In this document: positions 1 through 9,856 of the stretch, piece after piece
How positions within the stretch are numbered: the first letter of the stretch is position 1
Layout of the letters: every line of letters begins with the position of its first letter
Origin: an uncultured delta proteobacterium
GTDB taxonomy: Bacteria > Desulfobacterota > RBG-13-43-22
Assembly: GCA_963843145.1 (NCBI GenBank)
Contig: CAWJJC010000027.1
Span: forward strand, 64,001 to 128,000
Direction: 5' to 3'
Length of the DNA stretch: 64,000 nt
Notes under the pieces: model-generated
Databases searched by the model: none
Seen by the model: only the letters and a program-made list of their open reading frames with translations
Told to the model about the DNA's origin: nothing
Translations under genes and position numbers: made by a program

Positions 1-149
1 TCGATACTATTGTGGAGGCGATAGTCCGACTTTCGGACCTGCTCACGGACTTTCCCCAAATTGCCGAAATCGATATCAATCCCCTTATGGTTTATGAAGC
101 TGGAAGCGGGGGCCAAGTCTTGGATGCCCGCATGGTCTTGGAAAAATAG
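1..149 (+). CDS. 3' end of an ADP-forming acyl-CoA synthetase (ATP-grasp domain), partial
   Basis: Manual translation from position 3 gives DTIVEAIVRLSDLLTDFPQIAEIDINPLMVYEAGSGGQVLDARMVLEK*. The E-x-D-I-N-P-L ... LDAR pattern is typical of this C-terminus. Confidence 0.8.
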   Translation, partial: DTIVEAIVRLSDLLTDFPQIAEIDINPLMVYEAGSGGQVLDARMVLEK

Positions 150-215
150 GGTTGGGTAGAGTGGAACGAAATTCAACAAAAGACATGGCAGCTACCTGAC
201 GGACCCCTGAAAATT

Positions 216-256
216 TGAACATCGAACATCGAACGTCCAACATCGAACATCAAATG
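216..256. repeat. Heptamer tandem repeat (GAACATC/GAACGTC units)
   Basis: tgaacatcgaacatcgaacgtccaacatcgaacatcaaatg. Same family as 5291-5366. Confidence 0.8.
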
Positions 257-266
257 TGGGAGGTGC

Positions 267-2456
267 ATGCCCCTGCCCCCCGAAAGAAACAGCGTCAGCC
301 TCGAAGGTCATGTGGAACGGATCACCTACAACGACCAGGATAGCCACTTCACCATTGCCAAGCTGAAGTTGAAAGGCCAGCGGGAGCTGGTCACCGTAAT
401 CGGCAATCTGATGTCGGTCGGTCTGGGGGAACGATTAAAAATTCAGGGGGTATATGAACGCCACCCCAAGTACGGACTGCAGGTGCGGGTGGAAAGCTAT
501 GAATCGCTGGCCCCGGCCACGGAGATTGGTATTGAGAGGTATCTGGGTTCCGGTTTGATCAAAGGGATAGGACCGGAAATGGCTAAACGCATCGTCGGTC
601 GTTTTGGTCTCAAGACCCTGGAGATTCTTGATAAAAACCCCGGACAATTGTCCCTGGTGGGGGGGATTGGGCCCAAAAGGGTTGCCCAGCTCAAAAAGTC
701 CTGGGAAGCGCAAAAAGACGTCCGCCAGATCATGATTTTTTTGCAGGGACATGGGATCACCACCGGGCTGGCCTCCAAGATATTCAAACATTATGGACGA
801 GAGGCCATCACCCGGATCCAGGAAAATCCCTTTGATCTGGCCGGAGACCTCTTCGGGGTCGGGTTCATTACCGCCGACCGCTTGGCGGAAAAACTGGGGA
901 TGGCCAGGGAGGCTCCGCAAAGAGTGGAAGCCGGGATAGCCTATCTGTTACAGCAGAAGGCGGAAGAAGGCCATACCGGCTATCCCGAGGAGGACCTGGT
1001 TCGACAGGCCGCCGAACTGCTGAAAGTCGAGGCTGACCGGGTTGACCGGGCGCTAAAAGACTTGCTTAAGCGGCAGCAGCTCCGAATAAGGCCGGATCCG
1101 GAAGGGCCGTCGCTCATTTTTTTACCCTATTTGAGTCATTGTGAGGAGGGCCTGGCCCGTCGAATCGAGGAGTTTTTGTCTCAAAAACTTCGTCTGCCGG
1201 GCGGTCGGATCCGACAAGCGGCGGGGGTGGAGCAATCGCTCGGACTCCACCTGGCCGGCCGGCAGGAGGAGGCCTTCGAAAAAGCCCTGACCCAAAAACT
1301 GCTGATCATCACCGGAGGGCCGGGAACCGGGAAAACCACTCTGGTGCGATCGATCCTGGAGGCTTTCCGGCGATCTGAGCTGAAAAGCATTTTGATGGCC
1401 CCCACGGGACGGGCAGCCAAAAGGCTCTCCGAGGTTACGCACTACCCGGCCGCCACCATCCACCGCACCCTGGGCTACAGCCCCCGCCAAAAATGCTTTA
1501 CCAGAGACAGAAGCCATCCCCTGGAAGCGGATCTGATCATCGTCGATGAAGCCTCGATGATCGATACGGTCCTGATGTATCACCTGCTCAAGGCCGTACC
1601 GGATCGGGCGGTGCTGATCCTGGTGGGAGACGTTTACCAGTTGCCCTCGGTCGGCCCGGGTCAGGTCCTGGCCGATTTGATCGAATCCCGTCGGATCCCG
1701 GTGGTGGAATTGGACCATATTTTCCGCCAGGCCGAAGGCAGCCTGATCGTCGCCAATGCCCATCGCATCCACCAGGGAGAGCTGCCGCTGATTCCGGCGG
1801 AAACGCGGGAAAAAGATCAGGAATTCTATTTCATTCACCAGGAGGACCCGGAAAAGGCGGCCCGCTGGATCCTGGAACTGGTGGGAAAAAAAATTCCGGA
1901 CCGTTATGCCCTGGATCCTTTCGGAGAAATTCAGGTGCTGACGCCCATGTACAAGGGGGCCGTAGGCGCCGAATATTTGAATCACTTGCTGCAGGAGGGC
2001 TTAAATCCCGGAACGGTGGGGCTACAGCGGGGGCCCCGCTTCTATAAGGTAGGCGACAAGGTGATGCAGGTGCGCAATAATTACGACCGGGAGGTCTTTA
2101 ACGGGGATCTGGGAAGGATCGCCAAGATCGATCAGGCACAGCAGGAGATCATGGTGAATTTTGAAGGCCAGTTCGTAACCTATGATTTCAGCGACCTGGA
2201 CGAATTGACCTTGGCCTATGCCATCTCCGTTCATAAATCTCAGGGGAGTGAATATCCGGCCGTCGTCCTGCCGGTAATGACCCAGCATTATATCCTGCTG
2301 CAGCGGAACCTGATCTACACCGCCGTTACCCGGGCCAAACGCTTGATCGTCCTCATCGGCACCAAGAAGGCCCTGGCCATGGGCATCCGAAACAACAAAA
2401 CCCAGGCCCGTCATACCGCCCTCCGGGAACGGTTAAGCCGGGGGGCTGATGGTTAA
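267..2456 (+). CDS. recD2: ATP-dependent RecD2-like SF1B DNA helicase
   Basis: N-terminal OB/HhH region (GIGP motifs), Walker A GGPGTGKT, APTGRAA, VDEASM, GDxxQLPSVG, LAYAISVHKSQGSE, YTAVTRA. Confidence 0.95.
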   Translation: MPLPPERNSVSLEGHVERITYNDQDSHFTIAKLKLKGQRELVTVIGNLMSVGLGERLKIQGVYERHPKYGLQVRVESYESLAPATEIGIERYLGSGLIKGIGPEMAKRIVGRFGLKTLEILDKNPGQLSLVGGIGPKRVAQLKKSWEAQKDVRQIMIFLQGHGITTGLASKIFKHYGREAITRIQENPFDLAGDLFGVGFITADRLAEKLGMAREAPQRVEAGIAYLLQQKAEEGHTGYPEEDLVRQAAELLKVEADRVDRALKDLLKRQQLRIRPDPEGPSLIFLPYLSHCEEGLARRIEEFLSQKLRLPGGRIRQAAGVEQSLGLHLAGRQEEAFEKALTQKLLIITGGPGTGKTTLVRSILEAFRRSELKSILMAPTGRAAKRLSEVTHYPAATIHRTLGYSPRQKCFTRDRSHPLEADLIIVDEASMIDTVLMYHLLKAVPDRAVLILVGDVYQLPSVGPGQVLADLIESRRIPVVELDHIFRQAEGSLIVANAHRIHQGELPLIPAETREKDQEFYFIHQEDPEKAARWILELVGKKIPDRYALDPFGEIQVLTPMYKGAVGAEYLNHLLQEGLNPGTVGLQRGPRFYKVGDKVMQVRNNYDREVFNGDLGRIAKIDQAQQEIMVNFEGQFVTYDFSDLDELTLAYAISVHKSQGSEYPAVVLPVMTQHYILLQRNLIYTAVTRAKRLIVLIGTKKALAMGIRNNKTQARHTALRERLSRGADG

Positions 2457-2509
2457 TACGAAAATAGACCCTTTGACCAGAAACACGGCCAATAATCAAT
2501 AATCATCAC

Positions 2510-2583
2510 CGTAGCCTTACCTTGGAGGTGTAGGGAAGCTTATTCCTCACTCCACCGGCCGGCGGGGTCGCCGGCCCTACGAA
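2510..2583. repeat. REP-like element, partial copy of the 7032-7160 element
   Basis: cgtagccttaccttgga...ggccggcggggtcgccggccctacgaa closely matches 7087-7160. Confidence 0.8.
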
Positions 2584-2599
2584 GACAAATACTTGGAAT

Positions 2600-2637
2600 A
2601 TTCTTATGCTTCGGGGTGCCTCCCCCGGGCATGAGGG
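2600..2637 (-). repeat. Dispersed ~40-bp repeat (cccatgcc...ggcaccccgaagcatgaaaa family)
   Basis: The reverse complement resembles 24724-24764, 24958-24995 and 47651-47691. Confidence 0.6.
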
Positions 2638-2785
2638 ATAATCTATGATTTTATCTCTTACGATCTGACCCCGGAAAAGTTTTCTATCGTAGCCATAATG
2701 GCGAACTCCCGCCTAGGCGATCGAAGAATGGTGAATCTCCTTTTAGAACCAATGTACCTTATAACCGTTGGGCTCATGGCCAGTC

Positions 2786-2814
2786 TTGACGTACGACATA
2801 ATGTGATGTATAAT
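2786..2814 (+). promoter_or_regulatory. Sigma70-type promoter of vapBC
   Basis: TTGACG-17 nt-TATAAT, about 30 nt before the vapB start. A short palindrome (acataatgt) in the spacer could be an autoregulatory operator. Confidence 0.7.
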
Positions 2815-2846
2815 AATCTAAAAATATATGCAAATTGGAGCATACA

Positions 2847-3065
2847 ATGAGGACTACTATCAATGTCAAAGATGATCTTTTAGATGCGCTCATGGAGCGC
2901 ACTCAGATTCGAAGCAAAACTAAGGCCATCGAAAAGGCAATTCATGAATATTTGGAAAAAAAAGCCATCGAAGACCTGATTGCTTTGAGCGGACAAATTC
3001 ACATTGACTTGGATTGGCAAAAAGAAGAGGAAAGGGAACTTAATGAATACCGGGATCGTGGTTGA
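2847..3065 (+). CDS. vapB: VapB-family antitoxin
   Basis: MRTTINVKDDLLDALME...KTKAIEKAIHEY, an RHH-like VapB pattern. GGAG RBS at 2837. Overlaps the PIN toxin gene. Confidence 0.85.
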   Translation: MRTTINVKDDLLDALMERTQIRSKTKAIEKAIHEYLEKKAIEDLIALSGQIHIDLDWQKEEERELNEYRDRG

Positions 3066-3444
3066 CACTTCGGTCTGGATTGATTTTTTCAACCAACCCC
3101 ATTCATCGGTTACCCTTCATCTGCAGACCTTGCTCCGAAATCGCCAGGTGGTTTTAGTGGGGATGGTCCTGGCAGAGATTCTGCAGGGGATAAGAAATCC
3201 GGAAGAAGCCAGGCGGGTCCGGGAAAGTCTAGAACCCTTGCCTTTCCTGGAAACCACCCGGGAAATATGGCAAAAGGCCGGAGAGCTTTCGGCCCAATTG
3301 CGGCGAAAAGGATTAACCCTCCCCCTTTCCGACCTGATAATTGCTGCCACGGCCCTCCAGAAGGAGGTTGCGGTGTTTACCTTGGACCCGCATTTTAAGA
3401 AAGTCCCGGCTTTGAAATTGTATGTACCCCCCAAGGCGGGTTAA
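3043..3444 (+). CDS. vapC: VapC PIN-domain toxin
   Basis: VVDTSVWIDF, AEILQG, SDLIIAATA and TLDPHF carry the PIN acidic residues. Start taken at ATG 3043. Confidence 0.9.
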   Translation: MNTGIVVDTSVWIDFFNQPHSSVTLHLQTLLRNRQVVLVGMVLAEILQGIRNPEEARRVRESLEPLPFLETTREIWQKAGELSAQLRRKGLTLPLSDLIIAATALQKEVAVFTLDPHFKKVPALKLYVPPKAG

Positions 3445-3503
3445 TCCAGGCTCTATCCCGCCTCTGAGATCAGGCCAATGAGAGGTCATGGCCGCCCGCC
3501 CTT

Positions 3504-3610
3504 CTAAGGCATCAAATCCTTCAACACCAGCGGCAAATGGATAGTGTAGCTGTTGGATATCGTGACCACGAACACGCCGCCGCCATATGTTCCCGCATAG
3601 AGGGTGTCCA
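3504..3610 (-). pseudogene. 3' relic of a secreted beta-propeller (BNR-like) protein ending in a YLP-type motif
   Basis: DTLYAGTYGGGVFVVTISNSYTIHLPLVLK. LYAGTxGGGVF is a typical propeller blade end. The upstream sequence does not look protein-like. Confidence 0.55.
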
Positions 3611-3676
3611 AATGAACGGCCTGAGCCCTTTGACTTCGCCTCCCCAGGCGGCTGGCGCGGATAAATCTCCAAGCGG

Positions 3677-5194
3677 TCAAGGTTTTTTGAAATCGAAGCC
3701 CCGATAGCGGGAACAATGAACAATATGAAACGTTCGTAAGGGATACTTTCCGCGGTAGACAGTGAACGGTTCGAGCGATTCCACTTTTTCGAAAAAACGG
3801 CTTAAGAGATCGGAGCTTTCATAAGAATAATTTTCAAATGAACTCCAGACAAAAAGGGCATCCTTTCCCTTGAGCGGCGCCGGGTCGAACCAGAAATCGT
3901 AGGCCAGGGCCTTTTTACCCAAAGCCGTTTGGGCATACACGGGGGGATGTCCTTTCAATTCGAACCATAACTCCGAAGCCGTCTTATGCCCCCAGGCCAG
4001 GATAAAGGGCGGTTGGTCCGAACCGCTTTCCTTTTGGATCGTTTGTTGAACTTTCTGCAGGTGACCGGCCAACTCCCGCCAACCGGTCAGGGTGTCCATG
4101 GAGCCGGAAACCTTGATTTGAGGGACAAAGGGCCAGAGGTATAGGACAATAAAAAACACCCCCACCGTCACCCAGGTCCAGGCCGCCAGCCCCCGGTAGA
4201 CCCACTTCCAGGAGAAGGTTCTTTCCTGGTAATAGTGCATCATCAGAATTATCAAGGGCAGGTACGCCGGAATCAGCCAGTTTATCTTGACCCATTCCCG
4301 CGTGGCCACCAGGGTGAACAGTCCGATCATGGGCAGGCTCAAGAATAAGAGGAAATTTTCCCTCCAGCCTGGCCGTTGGAAAATTCGTTTGACCGCTAGT
4401 CCCAAGGTGACCGCCATTCCGGCAAAGACCAGGGGCGTGAGGACACCCGCCTGGGAGGCCAGAAAGGCGCCCAACTCTCTGGGAGAAAATTTGCCCAGCT
4501 CCCGGGCACGGTCGGTGGACTGGAAGGCGAAGGAGGCCCAATCGTGGCCCGCATTCCAGAGGATGACCGGGGAAAAAATAAGCGCCGCCAGGACCCAGCC
4601 CCCATAGAGCTCCCAGCGTTTCAGGTGGCGCCGCTGGTCCGGAGTCAAAAGTAAAAAAAAGAGCAGGGAGGCCGGCAACAATACGGCCGTGTATTTCGAT
4701 AATAGGGCCAATCCCAGAGAAATTCCGGATAAAAGGTGATACCCGAAACGGTTTTTTTGGATCGCTCGCAGGGTCAGGAACGCGGACAGCGTCCAGAAAA
4801 ACACCAGGGGGACATCCGGGGTAATAATCAAAGCGTTTATGGCGTAAGAGGGCAGTAAGGCGGCTAGCACCCCGGCCCGGAATCCGACCCGAGAATCAAA
4901 CAGTTCTTTTCCCAGATAATAGGCCAGCAGGGAAAAACCAAAGGAGAAGAGCAGGGCGCTTATGCGAATGACCACCGCCTGATCGCCCAGGAAATGGGTG
5001 AAAACCCCGATGAGGTAAGCGGTCAGGGGAGGGTGATCAAAATAGCTCCAGGCCGGATGAAGGGAAAAGACCCAGTAATAGGCCTCCTGAGGACTCAGCG
5101 GCAGGAGGGCGGCCATTGCCAATCGCCCCCCCAGGACCAGGGTCAGCAGGAGGAGAAGCCTCTTCAGGTAGTACTGGTTTTCCGGTGTGGGCAT
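3677..5194 (-). CDS. GT-C glycosyltransferase (GT39/ArnT, PMT_2-like)
   Basis: Multi-TM protein with PQEAYYW, YFDHPPL, TPDVPL and LLSKYT motifs. Confidence 0.85.
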   Translation of the reverse strand: MPTPENQYYLKRLLLLLTLVLGGRLAMAALLPLSPQEAYYWVFSLHPAWSYFDHPPLTAYLIGVFTHFLGDQAVVIRISALLFSFGFSLLAYYLGKELFDSRVGFRAGVLAALLPSYAINALIITPDVPLVFFWTLSAFLTLRAIQKNRFGYHLLSGISLGLALLSKYTAVLLPASLLFFLLLTPDQRRHLKRWELYGGWVLAALIFSPVILWNAGHDWASFAFQSTDRARELGKFSPRELGAFLASQAGVLTPLVFAGMAVTLGLAVKRIFQRPGWRENFLLFLSLPMIGLFTLVATREWVKINWLIPAYLPLIILMMHYYQERTFSWKWVYRGLAAWTWVTVGVFFIVLYLWPFVPQIKVSGSMDTLTGWRELAGHLQKVQQTIQKESGSDQPPFILAWGHKTASELWFELKGHPPVYAQTALGKKALAYDFWFDPAPLKGKDALFVWSSFENYSYESSDLLSRFFEKVESLEPFTVYRGKYPLRTFHIVHCSRYRGFDFKKP

Positions 5195-5290
5195 CGGTCT
5201 TGGATGCTAATGGATCTTGAGCGGCGGTGCAACACAATTTGTGGCTTCACTCTTTAAGATGAAATATCCTATGGCTGTTTTTATACTGAT

Positions 5291-5366
5291 TGAACGTCCA
5301 ACATCGAATGAAAAATATACCTCCATTACAACCTTCGATGTTGGACGTTCGATGTTTGATGTTCAT
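5291..5366. repeat. Heptamer-based inverted repeat
   Basis: gaacgtccaacatcgaa (5292-5308) and its exact reverse complement ttcgatgttggacgttc (5334-5350), in a divergent promoter region. Confidence 0.8.
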
Positions 5367-5437
5367 ATTTTTGTAAAATAACTTGCCTCATAGAAACAAG
5401 TGTAGAACCCTCTCCGATTCTGGTATAAACTCCAATC

Positions 5438-6193
5438 ATGGAATTGCCGGCGGCCGACAAAAAGATATTTAAAAAGTTGGGTCGCGCCATTCGTCACTAT
5501 GAATTGATCGATGGGGGAGAACGCATCGCCGTAGCGGTTTCCGGGGGAAAGGACAGCCTCTCCCTCTTATGGCTGCTGCGGGAACGTCTCCGTTGGATCC
5601 CCAAACCCTATGAACTGATCGCCGTTCATCTGGATATGGGTTTTTCCGGTACCCGACCCCAAGCGGTTGAAGCCTTCTGCCGGAGTCTGGAAATACCTTT
5701 CCATTTTGAACAGACCGATTATGGAATTCAAGCCCATGGTCCTGAAAACCGCGAGAACCCCTGTTTCCTTTGCGCCCGTCTGCGTCGCCGGCGCTTGTTT
5801 GAAATGGCCCATACCTTGGGCTGTTCCAAGCTGGCCTTGGGACATAACCAGGACGATATCATTGAAACCTTCTTCCTGAACATGTTTTTCGGAGGCCAAA
5901 TCAGTACCATGGTCCCCCGTCAAGTCCTGTTTCAGGGGGCTTTGACGCTGATCCGGCCGCTGACCCTGCTCGGGGAACGGGAGATCAAGGGGTTGGTCCA
6001 AAGACGGACCTGGCCGGAAATTATCAATCCCTGCCCCAGCGCCGGCCGGTCTTCCCGCGAGCAGCTCAAAAAAATGCTGACCGATGCCTACGTCCACAAC
6101 CCAAAGATCAAAGGCAATATTTTTAATGCCCTGAGTAATATCCGAACCGACTATTTGTTGCCGCCGATTCCGAGAGGAAAAAGGCGAACGTGA
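5438..6193 (+). CDS. ttcA: tRNA 2-thiocytidine biosynthesis protein TtcA
   Basis: PP-loop SGGKDS, CFLC, GHNQDD, LIRPL and CP motifs. Confidence 0.85.
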   Translation: MELPAADKKIFKKLGRAIRHYELIDGGERIAVAVSGGKDSLSLLWLLRERLRWIPKPYELIAVHLDMGFSGTRPQAVEAFCRSLEIPFHFEQTDYGIQAHGPENRENPCFLCARLRRRRLFEMAHTLGCSKLALGHNQDDIIETFFLNMFFGGQISTMVPRQVLFQGALTLIRPLTLLGEREIKGLVQRRTWPEIINPCPSAGRSSREQLKKMLTDAYVHNPKIKGNIFNALSNIRTDYLLPPIPRGKRRT

Positions 6194-6206
6194 AAGGGAA
6201 TTTTAA

Positions 6207-6545
6207 TTGAAGTCTTCAAAAGACTCCTGGGAATTGGACCCGGAGGTAGAGCGGCTGCGGAAGATATTTAGTTTGCTGGAAGCCCGGCAGGCCGGGGTAT
6301 TGGTCCGCCTGGCCATCCCGGCCTTTGATCCCCGGGTTCGCCCGGCCCGGGAGCTCGCCCGGCGGCTCTGGGAACGGGCTTGGGCCCGAGCCCATTACCG
6401 GGGATCCGAGCTGAAGCAAACCCAGATCGCCGATCTTTATGAATACGCCCTCGTCCGGGCTTTTAAAGAACAAGGGGTCGGCCCTCCGATCCCCATGGAT
6501 TGGCCCGAAGACGATATCCGCGAGCTGCTGGAGGATGTTTTCTGA
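6207..6545 (+). CDS. Hypothetical protein
   Basis: 112-aa ORF directly after ttcA. Its TGA overlaps the next ATG. Confidence 0.6.
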   Translation: MKSSKDSWELDPEVERLRKIFSLLEARQAGVLVRLAIPAFDPRVRPARELARRLWERAWARAHYRGSELKQTQIADLYEYALVRAFKEQGVGPPIPMDWPEDDIRELLEDVF

Positions 6546-6880
6546 TGATTTATCTGCGACTCTTCGGGCGCTGCCGGATTTATCATGATCCTGTCAGCCC
6601 GGTTTTAGCTGCGCCGGCCCAGATCGGCTGGGAGGCCTGGTTTCGAACCATCGATCTGGTCACACCCCGTCGATTAAAGGGACGGGAATTGCTGGATCGC
6701 ACCCGGGGCTGGTGGACCGTCGAGCCCGACGAGGTGGCCGAAGTGGTAGCGCCCTTCGGACGCCTGGTGGTTGGGGAAAAAGGGGAGTTATTTGTTGAGT
6801 TGACGGACTAAGCCGTTGCGGAATCCCTGAAAAAGGCCCTGGCGGAACGATTTAAGGATCAGGTCCTGCTGGCGCCTTAA
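6545..6880 (+). CDS. Hypothetical protein with an internal in-frame TAA (6809-6811)
   Basis: MIYLRLFGRC...ELTD*AVAESLKKALAERFKDQVLLAP*. Protein-like sequence continues in frame past the stop. Confidence 0.55.
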
Positions 6881-6911
6881 GAGGTAAATAAACTCGGGCT
6901 ACAAAGTATTC

Positions 6912-6952
6912 ATTAATAGTTAATAATGAACAATTGATTATTAATTATTAAT
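6912..6952. repeat. AT-rich heptamer palindrome (AATAATC/GATTATT family)
   Basis: attaatagttaataatgaacaattgattattaattattaat. Related copies at about 2490, 15125, 16671, 22541, 25032, 40903 and 47566. Confidence 0.75.
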
Positions 6953-7031
6953 GTCATCCGGTTAGGCTTAAATTTGCCCCTCTATTTTTAGACCTCGGGA
7001 TACCCGCCCGCGGGCGTGTTGGTTTAGTTTC

Positions 7032-7160
7032 TCGTAGGGGCGGCGACCCCGCCGCCCAACCCGGAGCCGGATTTAGCCACTGTCGTCGTAGCCTTACCTT
7101 GGATGTACTGCGAACCTTATCCCTCACCCAGATGGCCGGCGGGGTCGCCGGCCCTACGAA
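7032..7160. repeat. GTAG-type REP doublet (REPIN-like)
   Basis: Left unit tcgtaggggcggcgaccccgccgccc and inverted right unit ggccggcggggtcgccggccctacga, each with an internal hairpin. Confidence 0.75.
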
Positions 7161-8767
7161 AAACTGAGAGACAAAATTCTCCCCCACCCATAATTTCCTA
7201 CTTCGTGGAAGCCCGCCTCGATCCTGGTTACTCCGACGGGGCAGGCAATAGTTTCGGGGTTTCCTGGTTCCAACTGAAAGAAGGCCATATCCGTGGCCAT
7301 TTCTTCCGCTCCTTCGGCGTTTTTCTGGGTCACACCCTCGATCTGGACTATAGCCTGGCTGACTTGATCAAGCCCCTGGGACTGTTCCTGACTGGCCTCG
7401 GAAATCTCACTGATCAGACTCTTCGCCTTTTGAGTCCCGGTCAAAATCCGATCAAAAAGTTCGCCGGTCTTCTTGACCATTCCTGATCCTTGCTCGATCT
7501 TGCTGATGGTGTTTTTTATCAGATCGGCCGTATTTTTCGAGGCCTCAGTCGATTTCAGGGCCAGGCTCCGCACCTCATTGGCCACTACGGCGAATCCGGC
7601 GCCCGCCTCCCCGGCCCGAGCGGCCTCAACGGCGGCATTCAAGGCCAGCAGGTTGGTTTGAAAGGCGATTTCATCGATCGTCTTGATGATTTTTCCGATC
7701 TCCAGACCCGCCTCCGAAATGTGTTTCATGGAAAGGCCCAGATCCTGCATACTATGATCGGCCTGTTCGACCAATCCGGTGTTCTCAATGATCAGCCGGT
7801 CGGCGAAACGGGCATTTTCGGCATTTTGTTTGGTCATGGAGGCGATTTCGTTGATCGAGGCCGAGGTTTCTTCGAAGGCGCTGGCCTGGCTGGAAGATCC
7901 GTCCGCCACCTGGCGGGAGAGGTGCATCACTTTTTGAATCACCCGGCGCAATTGGCCGGTCATTTGAGTGAAAGACCGGTTCAGTTGACCTACCTCGTCC
8001 TCTGTGGTCTGCTGGTCTTGCCCCCCGGCGGATAAATCCCCTTGGGCCAATTGTTCGGCCCTTGCGGCCACCACCCGGATCGGCTGAACGACGTATCGGT
8101 TCGTCAGAAAAAACACCAGCACGATAATGCCGACGATGCCCAGCCCGCCAAAGAGCAATCCCAACAATCGGGTCCGATTCAAGGCCGAGACCACTTGCTC
8201 ACTGGACTGCCTGACCAGCAATCCTCCCAGAACCGAATGGCTTTGTCCGTGGCAGTGATAGCAGGCCGGCTTATTCTGGATCGGCTGGACCACGGAAAAA
8301 AACGGCTGCCCCCCCACCGTTTCTTCAAACCCCGCGTCCTGGGCGGTCCCGTCTTTCAAAACTTTCTTTACGGTCGAAAGGCCCCGGGGATTGGCGACAA
8401 AATTGCTCAGCGATTGATCGATCATGGCTTTTTCGGTGGCAAAGGAGACCTTCTGATCAAAATCAAAAACAAAGACCTGAATGGCCTTCATCTTTTCCTG
8501 CATCTGGGAGAGTTGGTTTTTTACGGTTTCATTATCACCCCTGGAAAGGGGATAGATGATCCCGTTGAATACCGATCCGCCCAGCAGGTCGCCCGACCGT
8601 TTCAATTGCGTACGGATACTGTTTTCCTGCCCGGTTATGAGGACGTAAAGGAGGAGGCCCACCACCAACACGGTAATGACCGACAAAGTCAGCAGCAATT
8701 TCATTTGCAAACTGGAGGCTATTTTCTTGAGACCGGGCAGATGAAAGCGTTTATCGGGATTGAACAT
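7154..8767 (-). CDS. Methyl-accepting chemotaxis protein with a periplasmic c-type heme motif
   Basis: Two TM helices, HAMP, signalling hairpin [35 protein letters not shown] lies in the periplasmic sensor. Confidence 0.92.
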   Translation of the reverse strand: MFNPDKRFHLPGLKKIASSLQMKLLLTLSVITVLVVGLLLYVLITGQENSIRTQLKRSGDLLGGSVFNGIIYPLSRGDNETVKNQLSQMQEKMKAIQVFVFDFDQKVSFATEKAMIDQSLSNFVANPRGLSTVKKVLKDGTAQDAGFEETVGGQPFFSVVQPIQNKPACYHCHGQSHSVLGGLLVRQSSEQVVSALNRTRLLGLLFGGLGIVGIIVLVFFLTNRYVVQPIRVVAARAEQLAQGDLSAGGQDQQTTEDEVGQLNRSFTQMTGQLRRVIQKVMHLSRQVADGSSSQASAFEETSASINEIASMTKQNAENARFADRLIIENTGLVEQADHSMQDLGLSMKHISEAGLEIGKIIKTIDEIAFQTNLLALNAAVEAARAGEAGAGFAVVANEVRSLALKSTEASKNTADLIKNTISKIEQGSGMVKKTGELFDRILTGTQKAKSLISEISEASQEQSQGLDQVSQAIVQIEGVTQKNAEGAEEMATDMAFFQLEPGNPETIACPVGVTRIEAGFHEVGNYGWGRILSLSFS

Positions 8768-8769
8768 GG

Positions 8770-9261
8770 TTAGTGCGCTCCGGCATGGATTAATGGTTTG
8801 AATTTAAACGATTGAATCCGCTGACTGGTGTGGCACTCTTCACAAACCTTCAGGTCCATTTTCCGGCGGATTTTTTTACCATTTTGGGCGTCGGCGTGAT
8901 CGCCACCGGGACCATGGCAGACCTCGCACCCGGCGTTTTTCAGTTCCGGGCTCTTGACCGGGTCCTGAAACCCGCCCGGTTTTCCGTATCCAGTGGTATG
9001 GCACTTGTAGCAGTTCTGGATTTCTTGGGCGGAAAGTCCTTTTTTCATTTTTTCAATGCTCTGAAAAGAATGCGCTTTTTTGGAATATTTTGTAAAATTA
9101 TCGAATTGTTCGCTATGGCAGCCCCCACACGTTTCCGATCCCACGTAGCGATTGATTTTTTCTTCAGTCCGGCCCGGAGCACTCAAGAAGGCCAGGAGGC
9201 CCAAAAGGAGCAGGCCCCATAGCGTCCGAGTGATCCTTTTTCTGATTACCGCGTGAACCAT
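8770..9261 (-). CDS. Periplasmic tetraheme cytochrome c (c554-like family)
   Basis: Signal peptide, [24 protein letters not shown] and CEECH. Confidence 0.88.
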   Translation of the reverse strand: MVHAVIRKRITRTLWGLLLLGLLAFLSAPGRTEEKINRYVGSETCGGCHSEQFDNFTKYSKKAHSFQSIEKMKKGLSAQEIQNCYKCHTTGYGKPGGFQDPVKSPELKNAGCEVCHGPGGDHADAQNGKKIRRKMDLKVCEECHTSQRIQSFKFKPLIHAGAH

Positions 9262-9581
9262 CCACTCCCTCCATTGAAAAGGTTTTACCGGATTATCGAC
9301 TTGTAATTGGCGAATATTAAATTTTTTTCTTTGAATTCAGTCTATTCGAACATTTTTGGAGTAAGTCGCAATAGGCCGAGCGGAAAAATTATTGGCTCTT
9401 CGGCTGCAGAAGTGATAGGTTATTAAAGGTCGAATCAAGGGGAAGGGCCTGGATTCGGGACACCGGCTCGCTACTTGCCGGGGTGGGTATCGCCAGACCT
9501 TAATAAAATTTTGCCTTGAGTCGTCTGGCGAAAGCCGGAGGCCGGGAATTAATGGGCGAAACGCCTGAAGGGGGAAAATCG

Positions 9582-9803
9582 ATGAAAGAAAAGGTCCAGG
9601 AAGCGCTGAATAAAGTCCGGCCGCAGTTACAGGCCGATGGCGGAGACGTGGAATTGGTGGAGGTCACCGAGGGGGGCCTGGTAAAGGTGCGATTAACCGG
9701 GGCCTGCAAGGGTTGCCCCATGTCCCAAATGACCCTGAAAATGGGGATTGAGAAATTCTTAAGACAGCAGGTCCCGGAAGTGACGGTGGTGGAGGCGGTC
9801 TGA
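9582..9803 (+). CDS. NifU C-terminal-domain (Nfu-type) Fe-S carrier
   Basis: [14 protein letters not shown]...[11 protein letters not shown]. Start taken at ATG 9582. Confidence 0.92.
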   Translation: MKEKVQEALNKVRPQLQADGGDVELVEVTEGGLVKVRLTGACKGCPMSQMTLKMGIEKFLRQQVPEVTVVEAV

Positions 9804-9856
9804 AGGCCGGAGGAAGTGTTTCCACGCGCCGGTGACCTGCCCCCCCCTCCCACCTC

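Noticed and set aside
216-256. Short repeats (here and in the AT-rich family) as a CRISPR array
   Set aside because: The units are 7 bp with no unique spacers, and no cas genes are present.
1122-1985. Long antisense ORFs (e.g. 1122..1985, 20544..21458, 34412..35386)
   Set aside because: They are shadows of GC-rich genes on the opposite strand with no independent motifs.
5438-9803. ttcA and the Nfu protein as dedicated sulfur/Fe-S partners of the DndC fusion
   Set aside because: Both look like ordinary housekeeping genes in separate transcription units, and proximity alone is not evidence.
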